A stretch of 64,000 nucleotides of DNA. It comes from Paraphysomonas bandaiensis (Eukaryota; Protista; Chrysophyceae). This document shows, piece by piece, positions 63,801 to 64,000 of the stretch; position 1 is the stretch's first letter; the number at the start of each line of letters is the position of its first letter. The position numbers and the translations under genes are program-made. The stretch lies in contig CBFFRP010000032.1 in the NCBI GenBank assembly GCA_965644295.1, positions 59,208 through 123,207 of the forward strand. Reading direction: 5' to 3'. Below the pieces are notes generated by a model, which worked only from the letters and a program-made list of their open reading frames with translations, did no database searches and was not told the DNA's origin.

Positions 63801-64000
63801 TGGAAGAGCGACGCCCAAAAATGGTGCCTCACGACCGTATTCCATCCTCACGAACATCCTTACAAAATGGATTGTTAAAGCCAGGGCCAACGGCCACACA
63901 GTCCTTGTAGGCGGTGACTTCAATGCCTCTCTCGAGGGCCATGCTGGAAAGCGAGACCTACGTGGAATAGCAACATCCCTCCAACTTACAGCCCCTCTTA
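57859..64000 (+). CDS. Polyprotein of more than 2,047 aa: His/Cys-rich repeats, OTU-like protease x2, SET domain, APE (EEP) endonuclease (incomplete)
   Basis: Manual frame-1 translation has no stop from 57814 to 64000; first ATG is 57859. SET (about 62812-63183): PKGNALYAGEQIP..IISECTG, FVIDA, AAGYINDP, NVEF, IYIRALRKINPHEELLVNYGYQYW. APE (about 63352-end): FSTWNVNG, DCLYLLD, GAYLPP, VLVGGDFNA. OTU-like: TPGRGFCSVAA...SHY and IPANGYCAYG...HW...AHF. Confidence 0.85.
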   Translation, partial: MHHNYQTPTNSGLWMDAQQTPNNKLQIEPTHTPVQGCSPGSVALPHSMASPSAILAVCISDRVPILRVYSNANFAPISSLQQLETLLQAYWPTPLHPKPPWRHLLAPNTPCGILRVPELHHKPRLRCFHTLHSSITPSPTSSHTPPILSHTHATYTTGIHRILHCILCRVHTIHRLPPLHMKSTTALIRSSLPLQYSDVYALQITHRHTPPPLHLLPPTLCHYTSLHHTPYINNKHTQLLNIPEPYRPVRALFSSRYSLVYTWCRPQRTPVSPLPPPTLFHSTHTHRPISNPLLCSTPYEPCSHVYTLCSTQRPYEIIQLTRCPERTVEMLCMHLACLFTAHGTAHLHQNTHIHLPSCVRALAQHHQHTPTRALTRCTERTVETLCMYQVCMFTAHGTVHLHKNTHIHLPSRARPTAHHHLHSPTHALTGCTERTVEMLCMHQVCLFTAHGTAHLHQNTHIHLPSCVRALAQHHQHTPTRALTRCTERTVETLCMYQVCMFTAHGTVHLHQNTHIHLPSRARPTAHHHLHPPTHALTGCTEQTVEMLCMHQVCLFTAHGTAHLHQNTHIHPPSCARPTAHHHPHPPTHALTRCTERTVEMLCMHQVCLFTAHSTHKLSHDNPPTQRGAKKHQLRPRQVGPGYSSDDSSDGPPKRRPRKPPNKVSRQPTTPGNTHQADAPTPMAAPDNAGQLPRRHNRPSPISQYIHPQATLPLSLLCSLGSELCSLAYTSHSPQRTYETLSPLSPPLHPKHSPCITLKLLLCSMLHEPFSRDYTWCSTHRTYAQHSRGPHDTNTQRTEHPSAHQQGPGYTSDDSGDGPARRPPSHRRRRVHASHQTAPSLTTLFDFFPPIPTRQQSHTTEQHNTCGTDHTHSETSHTTIVAPPGHHPSTVSHPPLTVTAHARDKTSHKNHGSATLSSTHCITPTPQLLKPNRSGTTDTFTPLSTTTGPTSPTTAKVNQLEAKPPQQDSTVPFTNLLTNTWAAYDNTGQIAASLREDLLHQLHTTIMTSPDPTAWPTLFNTVNDSSNYIHVTSFNCDTDYAATPGRGFCSVAAAHQILRSTAPGKYNPVHLSSEEDTTALLSLVQRLLALCLTAGITATRIQTLRRTLTRMRNSLRSPNSQAKALPAKHYMDTEDFLLMLKLLRLRFQFWQGHPLYLQRGWVLLKTSTGTTRHPPTPVHNVAYSASHYFLLRITDVDSKCTNAFRAARLSLLQLLQSAQTSSHLFTCPHPVSHTTTSYQPHGTTTPSHNNMDTLHTPAYAAAQDHNTSCIDIYTSPPPPCTTSSPTPLYITDGMVTLSITPRGLREIEAQTLHPDQPQPPRTAIQNAGRIFRLHVSAQNIHTAHDIPANGYCAYGTLHRLHMLMTSKRPTATYWELDLRRPEHRTYAGQWLSNLLRDVLLHPSCDQTTIVKLQHALTAMTSRHQHTYTTPDDIRHWLSVREMHWLATFFTPTTTWATDGESISIVGIPSDPHAYGPAWTSDELREAILLNLPHIVLHNAHFYIINPAGLAINLDNALLNLEPHIQVREPSVQRDVPPINARPQHPTSPVATPTCPPAPSETTVADTIPSSDTINSSPHNSTSRPRKTPRTKGNRTPTLPTRTQPPRKARHAQSYADLPDTVPTHTLYCPHVPFRTLLQAANPPQPLTWDPTLKYKVLMGLADTLPKGNALYAGEQIPAHAIISECTGQRLSILEARSTERSSDYLVQDTQGTFVIDARDRKSKRILCAAGYINDPLQANAANVEFYTKTGRIYIRALRKINPHEELLVNYGYQYWEDQKWSTEILLQARAAYAEDIALREQEWHTLLSQKQSPPRQTLTLPEPSRSPLTHATHFKFSTWNVNGNPSSNPGKIEAILHYFRSQSLDCLYLLDVRLSQRQAAYLDDYIQDQIPGVLVCRFLNTKPKLGPTDPHMGGALAVISETWKGRIRYTNSDCTGLGLISRIEFHTGRPDIDDRLTIIGAYLPPKPATAGPCTLWTSLRAFGRATPKNGASRPYSILTNILTKWIVKARANGHTVLVGGDFNASLEGHAGKRDLRGIATSLQLTAPL
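58820..59700 (+). repeat. 162-bp coding tandem repeat x about 5.4 (54-aa His/Cys-rich unit)
   Basis: The GAGC(G/A)GACTGT anchor occurs at 58831, 58993, 59155, 59317, 59479 and 59641. Unit: RCTERTVEMLCMHQVCLFTAHGTAHLHQNTHIHLPS... Confidence 0.95.

Larger units (their letters stand above)
57735..64000 (+). mobile_element. Putative non-LTR retrotransposon (5' part; continues past window end)
   Basis: Sharp switch to C/A-rich, G-poor, intron-free sequence carrying one uninterrupted ORF that ends in an APE endonuclease domain. The 5' boundary is approximate. RT, 3' tail and TSD would lie outside the window. Confidence 0.78.

Noticed and set aside
57966-63923. The many short His/Pro/Thr-rich ORFs listed by the track in this region
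   Set aside because: They are alternate-frame by-products of the C/A-rich composition. The motif-bearing frame is + frame 1.

Overview
Eukaryotic nuclear DNA: compact and gene-dense, with short (mostly about 45-80 bp) GT-AG introns and head-to-head gene pairs. A stramenopile-type protist is my inference from gene content and is not proven. Host genes: CCDC93, a RasGEF, TRAPPC2/sedlin, an ATAD3-type AAA ATPase fused to a MYRF/peptidase-S74-like intramolecular-chaperone domain, a DEK-C/PWWP/TFIIS-N chromatin protein, a tandem cytidine-deaminase-fold protein, a GST-fold protein, an OSCA/CSC1 channel, a type II membrane protein and the 5' part of an MLO-like gene. Three larger structures stand out. 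(1) One 7-exon gene of about 5,730 aa (38459->20962) is made of roughly 35-40 PB1-like beta-grasp modules followed by ankyrin repeats. It contains a near-identical 687-bp x ~8 coding array and sits head-to-head with a shorter paralog. (2) A recent Ty1/Copia insertion has identical 307-bp TA...TA LTRs, a CATAC target duplication, a start codon overlapping the LTR/PBS junction, and a deletion through the RT active site. (3) A frame-1 ORF of more than 2,040 aa (57859->past 64000) is absent from the supplied ORF track because it has no stop in the window. It reads His/Cys repeats, two OTU-like protease modules, a SET domain and an APE-type endonuclease. The best reading is a non-LTR retrotransposon carrying its own chromatin-modifying enzymes, inserted into the MLO-like gene. 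All domain calls are from motif recognition by eye; no database search was run.
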